NCBI GenBank assembly: GCA_945900785.1
Contig: CAMDJM010000016.1
Location: 2,627 to 66,626 of the forward strand
Length of the DNA stretch: 64,000 nucleotides
Source: Akkermansia muciniphila
GTDB lineage: Bacteria > Verrucomicrobiota > Verrucomicrobiia > Verrucomicrobiales > V1-33
Direction: 5' to 3'
Position numbers and translations under genes: made by a program. Each line of letters starts with the position of its first letter. Position 1 is the first letter of the stretch. Shown one piece after another: positions 9,042 to 17,220 of this stretch. The notes beneath the pieces were generated by a model. It ran no database searches. It was not told the origin of the DNA and saw nothing but the letters and a program-made list of their open reading frames with translations.

Positions 9042-9843
9042 ATGAAAACCATCACCGTTATCAACGCCAAAGGAGGCTGTGGCAAAAGCACCATCGCCAT
9101 GAGCCTTGCCGCCGGTCTTTCGATTCAGGGGAAGCGCGTGCTCCTGATGGATCTCGATCCCCAGGCGCAAATCACCCAATGGCTCACCGCAGGCGACGGC
9201 ATCCAGGCCGAGGGCACGCTCGTCTCCGCCCTGACCGGTCACCAAAGCCTGACGGACATTATCCAATCCACCGGCTACGCGAATATTTCATTCGTCGCCA
9301 GTGCCGCCGGTCTGGAAGACCTTGGGCCGGGAGATCAGCCACAGCGAAGGTTATCCCACCATGCTCACCGAACTGCTGGCCCGGGAAAACATCACCGGGC
9401 GCTTCGATTTCCTCATCATCGACTCCCCGAACCAGATCAGCCCGATCATGGAAAATCCCATCTTCCCGGCGGATGCCTTCGGCATTCCATTCGAGTCCAC
9501 CAAGGCCGTCAAAAGTTATGCCAGCATCTACCAGCTTCTCCTCAATCTCCGGCCCGGAGCGGACTTCCGCCTCATCCACGTTCTCATCAATCTGACGAGA
9601 CTTCCCGGACTCCGCCGCCGTGTCCAAGCCCTGATGCAGGAAGACAATATCGTCCCAGCCAAATCCGAAATCCGATCCTGCGGCTGGCTGGCGCAGGTGG
9701 ATGAATACGGGGGCAGCATCTTCCATTTCCGTCCCCACTCCAATGGGGCGCAGGACATGAAGGCCCTCGTGCAGGAGATCATCACATTATTCGATAACGG
9801 GCCGCAAGTGGCCCACCCGGAGACGCCCCGCGTCGCCGCCTAA
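9042..9843 (+). pseudogene. parA: ParA-family partition ATPase, disrupted by a +1 frameshift near 9324-9330
   Basis: Frame a (9042-) reads MKTITVINAKGGCGKSTIAMSLAAGLSIQGKRVLLMDLDPQAQ...ASAAGLEDLG and then becomes nonsense. Frame b (9301..9843) continues GREISHSEGYPTMLTELL...FDFLIIDSPNQISPIMENPIFPADAFGIPFEST.... Together they make one normal ParA. Confidence 0.8.
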
Positions 9844-9849
9844 CCCATT

Positions 9850-10689
9850 ATGAAATTACCTGAAGGCAAAAGCCGCCTCGATCTCGTCAAAGCCGGCATC
9901 AATTCCCTCAACATCCTGCCCAAACGGGGCCGCTTCATCGTTTCCATTCAAAAACTGCTCGAAGATCCCGACAACGAGCGCCGCACGTTCCGGGGCATGG
10001 AAGGCCTCATCGCCTCTATCCGGGCGCACGGCATCGTGGAACCCATCACCGTGACCCCGGAGGGAGACCATTTCCGGATCCTCACCGGTCACCGGCGGTA
10101 TCGCGCAGCCAAAGCCATCGACCTTACGGAAATCGAAGTCATCTCCCGCGATCCCGAAGATGCCCTCACCCGTCGAAGGAAGAGTATCATTTCCAATATG
10201 CAGCGTGAGGACATTGGAGCCATCGAGATGGCCGAAGCCCTGCAAACCCTGCTTGATGAGGATAAAAGCATTGCGACCCAGCGGCAGCTTGCCGGACTGA
10301 TAGGGAAGAGCGAAGGATGGGTGAGCGAGATGCTCCGTATCCTGACGCTTTCCGCCAAGCACCAGGAACAACTTCGGACGTCCCAAGTTTCCGTATCATA
10401 CGATAGCGCCATGCGCATCGCGCGGTGCGAGCCTGCGCTCCAAGCCGACCTCATCGCCGCCACCCTGAGAGGGGAGAGCACCCGCGAAATCCGCAGCCGC
10501 ATCACCGCCAGCAAAGGCCCATCAAAAGGGAAGCAGGGCAGGGGAGCAAACCCCAATCACCCCGCCACCCCGGTGGTCACGTTTTCTGAAATCTACGAAG
10601 GCTGCACCGCCATCGTGCGCGGCCCGGAAGGGGAAAGCACCCGGGAACACATGCGCACCGCCGTGCAAAAGCTCCTCAAGCAGTTGTAA
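9850..10689 (+). CDS. parB: ParB/Spo0J-like partition protein (ParB N-terminal domain + HTH)
   Basis: IVEPITV....HFRILTGHRRYRAAK is the ParB box. QRQLAGLIGKSEGWVSEMLRIL is the HTH. It lies immediately downstream of parA. Confidence 0.85.
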   Translation: MKLPEGKSRLDLVKAGINSLNILPKRGRFIVSIQKLLEDPDNERRTFRGMEGLIASIRAHGIVEPITVTPEGDHFRILTGHRRYRAAKAIDLTEIEVISRDPEDALTRRRKSIISNMQREDIGAIEMAEALQTLLDEDKSIATQRQLAGLIGKSEGWVSEMLRILTLSAKHQEQLRTSQVSVSYDSAMRIARCEPALQADLIAATLRGESTREIRSRITASKGPSKGKQGRGANPNHPATPVVTFSEIYEGCTAIVRGPEGESTREHMRTAVQKLLKQL

Positions 10690-10806
10690 ACAATGCCACG
10701 CCAGACCACACCAAACGAAATGAGTCAAGCCCCCCTATTTACAGGCTGTTTTTCAAGTTCGCCCAAAGGGCTCGACAACTGCTCCGATGCCTGCTAAAAT
10801 TGTTCC

Positions 10807-11079
10807 ATGAACGCCACCTTGGAACGTATTTTGCATGACGTGGAACAACTGCCTCAACAGGAACAGTGTGAACTCACAGCCTACCTCAATCAACGCCTCG
10901 AATCACAATTTGAAGCTGACGATGCTGAAGTCGCAGCGGCTTGGGAATCTGAAATAAATGAGCGGGTCGCCAGCATCATCACGGGCAAGGCTGAGCTTAT
11001 CCCCGGAGACGAGTTCGAGGCCCAGATGGCCAGTTTCATGTCTGACCTTAAAGCGGGAAAGACTCCGGCAGCCCTATGA
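10807..11079 (+). CDS. Putative addiction-module antitoxin (TIGR02574-like)
   Basis: ILHDVEQLPQQEQCELTAYLNQRLES...DAEVAAAWESEINERVASIITGKAELIPGDEF matches the 'putative addiction module component' pattern. Its stop overlaps the downstream toxin start (ATGA at 11076-11079). Confidence 0.7.
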   Translation: MNATLERILHDVEQLPQQEQCELTAYLNQRLESQFEADDAEVAAAWESEINERVASIITGKAELIPGDEFEAQMASFMSDLKAGKTPAAL

Positions 11080-11399
11080 TGCCATGGGAAATTCTCTCAT
11101 CTGCCCGCTCCGAAATTTCCGAAGTTTAACGGAATTTCGGAATCTTTGATCCCCGACTTGCCGACGATTTTTGGATCCTTTTTGTTGCCAAAATTGCGCA
11201 AGCTCGCCGGACTCCCAAACTGTATCGTGTCCGAAGAAATCACATCCGCCGCATCAACCTCGGCCCGCAATTTAAAGAGTGGTTCATCGCCTATATGCTC
11301 TGGAATGGAAAGCTCATCGTTTTGGCACTTGCCCATGCCAAACGCCGGCCATTTTACTTTATCGGCAGAGTCACCACCGCAAAGCGCCGCCACTCATAA
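11076..11399 (+). pseudogene. ParE/RelE-family toxin with an in-frame TAA at codon 18 (11127-11129)
   Basis: One frame reads MMPWEILSSARSEISEV*RNFGIFDPRLADDFWILFVAKIAQARRTPKLYRVRRNHIRRINLGPQFKEWFIAYMLWNGKLIVLALAHAKRRPFYFIGR.... The C-terminal part has the typical ...I.Y......I.VLA..H.KRRP signature. Confidence 0.6.
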
Positions 11400-11533
11400 G
11401 TAATGCTGATTCCCCCGCTTTCCTGTCGCAAACAGATATTGTGCGACACTGCAAATCCCTCTCAACCAGGCCGCCATTTCCCAATCCGCAGATTTCCTCC
11501 AAAGGCCTCATCCGTCCTTTTTGCCCCATCAGT

Positions 11534-11786
11534 CCTATCGGCCACACCCGCCGCGATCATCATCGCGGTTTTTTCATGTTCGGCGGAATCGTCCTATCGG
11601 ACATCCCATGCAGGAGGCCTATCGGCCCGACCGCCCAATTCCAGGAATGGGCCTGCCGACGACCCCAACATACATGGTATGTCGGGGCTATCGCCCCATG
11701 AAATGCCACGGCACGGCTTAACCAAGCCGTCACAGCTCCCCCACGCGTTCGGGCTCAACGCCCGACTTCGGGCTTTTTCCTATCGG
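11534..11786. repeat. Four exact CCTATCGG iteron-like motifs (plus one GCTATCGC variant)
   Basis: CCTATCGG occurs at 11534, 11593, 11618 and 11779, and GGCTATCGCC at about 11687. All lie within about 250 bp of non-coding DNA downstream of the par/TA genes. Confidence 0.6.
11551..11574 (+). terminator. Rho-independent terminator candidate
   Basis: CCGCGAT-CATC-ATCGCGG stem-loop followed by TTTTTT, about 150 nt after the toxin pseudogene. Confidence 0.55.
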
Positions 11787-12369
11787 CTACCGGGTGCTGC
11801 CGGTTCCTAACCGTCACTGACAATCACCAAAAAGCCCGAAGTCGGCCGCTTCCGGCTAGCGCCGTCGCCCGACGCGTGGGGGCACTACGGGTTCTAAAGG
11901 ACACCACTAACTTCACGGGTTCACTTCGCGCACCCCTTCCCTGACGGGCGACGACCTCCTGCGGACGACTTCGGCTTTCCCGGAATCACCACCGGTTCGC
12001 TGTAGGAGCAAAAGCTCCCGGCGCGCCCCCCGGCCCCACTGGGCCGGACGACAGCGGAACTTCGGACGCCCGAAGTTCGACCCTTCGCGCCGCCGCTCCC
12101 TTGTTTTAACTTTTACGCTTCGGCTCTCCTGCCGAAGGCGGATGCCGACCTCCGGTGCCTGACGGGATGATTTCCGGATCCCATACGGGAGCCGGTCACG
12201 TGATGCCCTGCGAGGATCATTGATCATTGGGATGCACTTACCCGCTTACCCGGTCAAAAGGAAGAAAGGGTTGCTATCCAGTGGTGAACCCTGCAAAGGA
12301 GTGCTGAATAGCAGCATGCCGCACCTGAAAAATTTACAATCTGGTCCACCCGAAGCCCGGCGGTTCGGG

Positions 12370-12951
12370 ATGATCACGCAATGGTTTGATGAGAAGGGAT
12401 ATGGTTGGGTGGAGTCCGGTGGGAAGCGTTACTTTGCCCACATCAAGGAATTCGAACCGGGTCAGCGCAGACCAAAGAGCGGCGAGGAGGTGCGCTTCAT
12501 ACCGGGCTTTGATCTGGGATGGCGGCCTTATGCCAAAGGCTTGACCTTGGTGAAGGCCGGCAAGGTCCAATCGGGCACGGGTGCCCTGATTCTGTTTTGT
12601 CTCTTGTTGGTGTTGCCGCTGCTGGCCCTATTGTGGCTGCCGCCGCCGTGGTGGATGGGGGCAGGAGGGATGCTGATCGTTTCTGCCATCACCTACGCCA
12701 TGTATGCCCATGACAAAAAGCAGGCGGTTTCCCAGGGATGGCGGATATCGGAAAGTTCTTTGCACCTGGGCGAGTTGCTTGGTGGCTGGCCTGGAGCGTT
12801 TATTGCCCAATGGAGGCTGCGCCACAAATGTTCGAAACCCGGCTATCAGTTCGTTTTCCGCGCGATTGTCCTACTCTACCAGATTGCTGCGCTGGATGTG
12901 ATTCTGCACCAGCGCCTGAGCAAGGCGGTGATGGCTTTTTTGAACCGGTAA
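12370..12951 (+). CDS. Cold-shock domain + DUF1294 membrane protein
   Basis: ORF 12220..12951 trimmed to ATG 12370. MITQWFDEKGYGWVES..KRYFAHI.EF is CSD-like. It is followed by a TM region and LGELLGGWPGAFIAQWRLRHKCSKPGYQ, the DUF1294 signature. Confidence 0.8.
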   Translation: MITQWFDEKGYGWVESGGKRYFAHIKEFEPGQRRPKSGEEVRFIPGFDLGWRPYAKGLTLVKAGKVQSGTGALILFCLLLVLPLLALLWLPPPWWMGAGGMLIVSAITYAMYAHDKKQAVSQGWRISESSLHLGELLGGWPGAFIAQWRLRHKCSKPGYQFVFRAIVLLYQIAALDVILHQRLSKAVMAFLNR

Positions 12952-13432
12952 CACGGTGGTTTTGAGCATGTATGGCCCCGCTCCATGCGCTCGATTCCCC
13001 TCTTCCCCTCATCGTGGTGGCGGCACATCGAACGGTAAATGATAGTAGCCCATGATCGCCTTTGATCGCTCGTAAATGGCCCGCTCGGAAAATCCGGCGC
13101 GTTCACACATCTCATTCATCGGAGCCCAGCCCTTCATGATGAATTGCAGCAGCTCCCGTCGGTCGATCTGCACCTGCGACGAGGCCTCGCCCCCCTTCGT
13201 CTGGCCCTCCAGATGGTCCCCGGGAGGTGGCAAGGGACGGGAATTTATGACAACCGGCAGACTTGCATACCCTGCAGGGCGGTGAAAGGGTGTTCACACA
13301 TCAAGAGCCTCTGCCGCAAGGCGGAGACAGCAACCTAGCCGAGACGCCAAGGTGCCTTCCGCAGACTTATCATCTGCGGGATGAGTCGAGTGGGACCAGA
13401 CAGACCCACCGAAAAACAGTCTCCCGTAATGA

Positions 13433-13474
13433 AAACGCCCGGTTTGATGTCCTCAGGCCGGGCGTTTCGTTTTT
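13433..13474 (+). terminator. Rho-independent terminator candidate
   Basis: AAACGCCCGG ... CCGGGCGTTT, a 10-bp stem, followed by a TCGTTTTT tract. Confidence 0.45.
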
Positions 13475-13513
13475 CGGACTCCTGATGTGGACCAATCCTA
13501 ACTCCATATCAAA

Positions 13514-13744
13514 ATGACCGCCTGCCAGCCCATCCTTTCCCGCCGCCAGCGCCCGGCGGGGGAAAATCATCACCTCTGGAACAACCATGGAACCTGGTGG
13601 TTCCACGGCACCGTTCACCAGCCGGATGGCACCTCGGTGCGGGTCCGCTGCAGCTTGAAGACGACCGACCCGTCCGTCGCCCGGCGTCGCCGGGACCGCA
13701 TCCTGACGGCAGCGGCGGCCGCCAACCAACCTGTCAAAGCGTGA
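13514..13744 (+). CDS. Small protein resembling the N-terminal arm-type DNA-binding domain of tyrosine integrases
   Basis: 76 aa. NHGTWWFHGTVHQPDGTSVRVRCSLKTTDPSVARRRRDRIL resembles the '...WWF.....DG...R.SL.T.D...A...RD.IL' integrase N-termini. No core-binding or catalytic domain follows. It ends 18 nt before the AAA+ gene. Confidence 0.4.
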   Translation: MTACQPILSRRQRPAGENHHLWNNHGTWWFHGTVHQPDGTSVRVRCSLKTTDPSVARRRRDRILTAAAAANQPVKA

Positions 13745-13761
13745 AAACGAAACATCCTGAC

Positions 13762-15237
13762 ATGTCCCATTCCTCACCGGCATCACCTCCCGCCGTCCTT
13801 TTCTGTCCCGGTCTGTCCGGTGACGGACGCCTGCTTGCTCCCGGCTGGCTGCGCCACCTTGGGGTCTACGGCTACGATGCCGTGGAGGACATCATCCTCG
13901 CGGCCCTCATTTCCGGCGACCCGCTGCTGCTCATCGGCAAGGCCGGCACGGGGAAAACTTTCCTCCTCAACAGCCTGAGCGAAGCCCTCGGCCTGACGCA
14001 CCGCCACTACAACGCCAGCCTGATTGCTTTCGATGACCTTGTCGGGTTTCCCTTTCCCGACAAGGATGGCACGGCGATCCGTTATATCCAAACCCCGGCC
14101 ACGATCTGGCAGGCGGAAGCCGTGCTCATTGACGAGCTGAGCCGCTGCAAACCGGAACACCAGAACCGACTGTTTTCCCTCGTCCATGAGCGCCGCATCC
14201 AAGGGCTCGACTTGCCGGAACTTCGCTACCGGTGGGCGGCCATGAACCCGTGCGGACCGGCGGACGGCGAGGATTTTTATGAGGGTTCGGAGTCGCTCGA
14301 CCAAGCGCTGGCGGACCGCTTTGCCTTCATCATTGAAGTGCCCGACTGGGATGGCCTCGTGGACGCGGACCGTCGGCTGGTGGCCGACGCCCGGGGCATC
14401 AACCGCCCTTCGTTCGATGCGGTCGGGCTGAGCCGGGCCGTGGAGGAAGGACGGCGGCGATTCGAGTCCGCCCCCGACGAACTGCATGAGGCGGCCCTGA
14501 CTTATGCGTCGGTGGTGGCCACGCAGTTGCTCCAGCCGGGCATCCGGCTTTCGCCCCGTCGGGTGCGCCAGTTCTCACGGAACCTCATCGCTCTCACGCT
14601 GGTGAGCGGCGGGCAGCCCCTGAGCGGATTGTTCCGCAGCGGGCTGACGAATTCCCTGCCGCAACTCGCATGGGGTGTCCGGGTCGCCGACGCGGTGCTG
14701 CGCGGGGCTCATGCGGCGGCGTGGGATTTCCTGACCCGGAACGAGGAAAGCCGCTGGCTGTCCCGCGTGCTCCACGAGAAGGATCCCGCGAAGCGGTGCC
14801 GCCTGCTGCTGGGCGGTGCCCCGTCACGGGACACCGTGACCATGGCAGTCCGCCAGTCGCTCATCCAGTTGCCTGCTCCGGAGGCTGCGGTGCTGGCCTT
14901 GGCGCTGCTTCCGGTGGCGCAACAGAGGCCGACCATTCTGGGTGAGGAAGCGCTGGCGGCCATCGTGGAAGTGGCGGCCCCCATTCTGGAAGTCCAGGGC
15001 GAGGTGAAATGGCGGCTCCGGGAGGGCCTTCAGCCTGACACCAATCCGCACCCGGCCCTCAGTGAATGCAGCGCGTTGTTGCCATCACTGCGGGGAGCCC
15101 GGCAGGCCCGCGCCCGGCAGCTGTTTTACCACTGCATCGTGCATGAATACCCCATCCCGGACGCCGCGCAGCTGGAGCACTGCCTCGACCGTGCCATGCG
15201 CGCCGTGAAGCCCTTTCTCACCCAAACGAAACCATGA
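13762..15237 (+). CDS. RavA/MoxR-like AAA+ ATPase with a long helical C-terminal extension
   Basis: ORF 13597..15237 trimmed to ATG 13762. Walker A LLLIGKAGTGKTF, Walker B AVLIDELSR, sensor-1 region RWAAMNP, LADRFAFII. Spacing and motif order resemble RavA/MoxR. Confidence 0.85.
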   Translation: MSHSSPASPPAVLFCPGLSGDGRLLAPGWLRHLGVYGYDAVEDIILAALISGDPLLLIGKAGTGKTFLLNSLSEALGLTHRHYNASLIAFDDLVGFPFPDKDGTAIRYIQTPATIWQAEAVLIDELSRCKPEHQNRLFSLVHERRIQGLDLPELRYRWAAMNPCGPADGEDFYEGSESLDQALADRFAFIIEVPDWDGLVDADRRLVADARGINRPSFDAVGLSRAVEEGRRRFESAPDELHEAALTYASVVATQLLQPGIRLSPRRVRQFSRNLIALTLVSGGQPLSGLFRSGLTNSLPQLAWGVRVADAVLRGAHAAAWDFLTRNEESRWLSRVLHEKDPAKRCRLLLGGAPSRDTVTMAVRQSLIQLPAPEAAVLALALLPVAQQRPTILGEEALAAIVEVAAPILEVQGEVKWRLREGLQPDTNPHPALSECSALLPSLRGARQARARQLFYHCIVHEYPIPDAAQLEHCLDRAMRAVKPFLTQTKP

Positions 15238-15821
15238 CCATCCTGACCCTTATTGCCCGGTTCCTTGCTGCGGTGATCCAAGGCTGGTTTCCCGAGCCGG
15301 CCGGTGCCGTGACCGGGACGGGCGGCTGCCGGAATCCCGGGAATGGCGGCAGGCGGAACGGCGATCCCCTGCGGCACGCCAACACGGGCGGTCCGCGCTC
15401 CCGGGTGGTGTCCACCGCCGTCGTGAGCCGGATGCTGAGTGACGGCTCGGGAATCCTCGGACTGAAGTCGCTGGGAACGTATCGTCTGCCCCGGCAGCCG
15501 GTGGCCAATTCACTCCGCGAGTTCGCTATGACCCTGCTGAGCCGCGCCGGATTTCTCACTCCGGAGGAGGCGTGGGAGGCCCATGCGTCGCAACTTCCCG
15601 CCGGGGTCGCCCTCGTGGTGGACTCCCCTCCCGGCCCGGAGGTCGATGACGCCGGGGAGGATCCAGTCCCGCTCCTGCGCAGAGCCTTGGTGCTGGGCAA
15701 GTGCAGCGGCAGCCTTTTCAGCCCTGACCGCCCGTTGATCTGGTCCGAGCGGAGACTTGCGCGCTCGGTGCGTCTGGTCCTCTGCGACACCGCAACCTTC
15801 GCCCGCAATGACGATGACTGA
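15234..15821 (+). CDS. Hypothetical protein (operon member, no recognisable domain)
   Basis: The ATG overlaps the AAA+ stop (ATGA 15234-15237). The codon third position is GC-rich like its neighbours. The end overlaps the next gene by 14 nt. Confidence 0.5.
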   Translation: MTILTLIARFLAAVIQGWFPEPAGAVTGTGGCRNPGNGGRRNGDPLRHANTGGPRSRVVSTAVVSRMLSDGSGILGLKSLGTYRLPRQPVANSLREFAMTLLSRAGFLTPEEAWEAHASQLPAGVALVVDSPPGPEVDDAGEDPVPLLRRALVLGKCSGSLFSPDRPLIWSERRLARSVRLVLCDTATFARNDDD

Positions 15822-17220
15822 GACCCCGTTCGACCGCCGCCATATCGAAGTCGTGCTCGCGGAGTTCGTGGAGGACAATCCGCTGGCTTGCGCGGGGATT
15901 CTCTCGGTCGCCCGCCTTGAGTTCACGACGGAAATTCCGACGCTGGCAGTGACCCTCGGCGATGATCTGCCGCGCCTTCTCATCAATCCGGAATTCGTCG
16001 CCGCGCACATCCGGACCGAGGATGACCTGCGGGCCGTGCTGCTCCATGAATTCCTCCACGTGCTGCTGGGCCACACGAAGCTTTTCAAAAAGATGGACGA
16101 GGCGACCAACCTCGCCCTCGATGCGGTGATCAACCACATCGTGCAGCGTGAACTGGGGGTAGCCTCCGGCGAATTCTTCCGGCGGTATTACACGCCCACG
16201 GGTGACGGCTGCCCGCTTTGGCTCCTGCGTCCGGACGCCCCGGGCGACATTCGGCCTCGAAACCCCGAGGCTGCGGCACAGCGGTCGCGAAAGCTGTCCG
16301 GCCCAAGGGAATTGGCTAACTTCGCTCTCCAATTTGACCACCGTTCGAGGATTCACCTGCTCCGCAGCGGGCTGGCCAACGGAACGGTGCTGGCCGATGA
16401 TGTGCTTGACGCTTTCGATGCGCTTAAACTTGCTATTCCGGGCAGGATCATCCTGATTGGCAATCACCGGGAGGAGGGCCCCATGCACCCCGCCAACCGC
16501 GAGCGGCTCGACCGGCTTTTCCAGCAACTCGACGGGAGCGGCATTTTCCGCAACCCGGGGGAGCATGGTGCCGGACCGGAACCCTATCAGGCGGCATGGA
16601 GCGCGGCTGATCCCTCGCGGAAATGGTGCGCGGAAACGGCGCGGATGCTGCAAAAACTCCTCGTCCCCCATCCGCGAAGCCGTCCGGTGCTGGACGGACA
16701 GGTTTCCTTCCATCTCCCGGTGGCCAACCCGAGTGACCGCCGCGCCGCCCTGCGCTCGCTGTGGAACCCGCTGGTGCCCGACTTCCACTGGCAGGCCGAC
16801 AGCCACCGCCCGCGCGGGCTGGCCAGCATCTATCTTGATGTCAGCGGCTCCATGAATCCGGAACTTGAGTTGCTGACCGGTCTGCTCTGGCGGCTGCGCC
16901 GGTGGATCCAGTCGCCCTTCCATGCCTTTTCCAACGAAGTGGCCCCCGCCAATCTCGTCGGCGGAAAACTGGTCACCAACACCACCGGCGGCACCTGCTT
17001 CAATGTTGTCCTCGAGCACATCCTGAAGCACCGGCCGCAAAAGTCGCTCATCGTCACGGACGGCTATATCGAAAAGCCGTGCATCCGCCTGCTCCGTCAA
17101 CTCAAGGCCAGCGGCGAAGCCATTCATGTCCTCGTTTCGGCTCACGGGACGTCAGCGCCCTTCGACCTCCACGGCATCCCCCGGACCATCCTCCCCAACA
17201 TCAACCCCAAGTCATCATGA
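15808..17220 (+). CDS. Putative metallopeptidase (HExxH) + VWA domain protein (DUF2201_N / DUF2201-like)
   Basis: ORF 15757..17220 trimmed to ATG 15808. AVLLHEFLHVLLGHT...NLALDAVINHIV is the HExxH peptidase-like N-domain. The C-terminal part has IYLDVSGSMNPE (MIDAS DxSxS) ...TNTTGGT...LIVTDGY, a VWA fold. Confidence 0.8.
   Translation: MTMTETPFDRRHIEVVLAEFVEDNPLACAGILSVARLEFTTEIPTLAVTLGDDLPRLLINPEFVAAHIRTEDDLRAVLLHEFLHVLLGHTKLFKKMDEATNLALDAVINHIVQRELGVASGEFFRRYYTPTGDGCPLWLLRPDAPGDIRPRNPEAAAQRSRKLSGPRELANFALQFDHRSRIHLLRSGLANGTVLADDVLDAFDALKLAIPGRIILIGNHREEGPMHPANRERLDRLFQQLDGSGIFRNPGEHGAGPEPYQAAWSAADPSRKWCAETARMLQKLLVPHPRSRPVLDGQVSFHLPVANPSDRRAALRSLWNPLVPDFHWQADSHRPRGLASIYLDVSGSMNPELELLTGLLWRLRRWIQSPFHAFSNEVAPANLVGGKLVTNTTGGTCFNVVLEHILKHRPQKSLIVTDGYIEKPCIRLLRQLKASGEAIHVLVSAHGTSAPFDLHGIPRTILPNINPKSS

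Noticed and set aside
11097-11393. 98-aa minus-strand ORF between the antitoxin and the non-coding block.
   Set aside because: It is the antisense shadow of the ParE/RelE toxin pseudogene (plus strand, 11076..11399). The plus-strand frame gives a recognisable toxin sequence and this one does not.
13009-13233. 74-aa minus-strand ORF (…DRRELLQFIMKGWAPMNEMCERAGFSERAIYERSKAI…) that looks faintly HTH-like.
   Set aside because: It is too short and the resemblance to resolvase- or terminase-type HTHs is too weak to call. It may be another gene fragment of the island. I did not list it as a feature.
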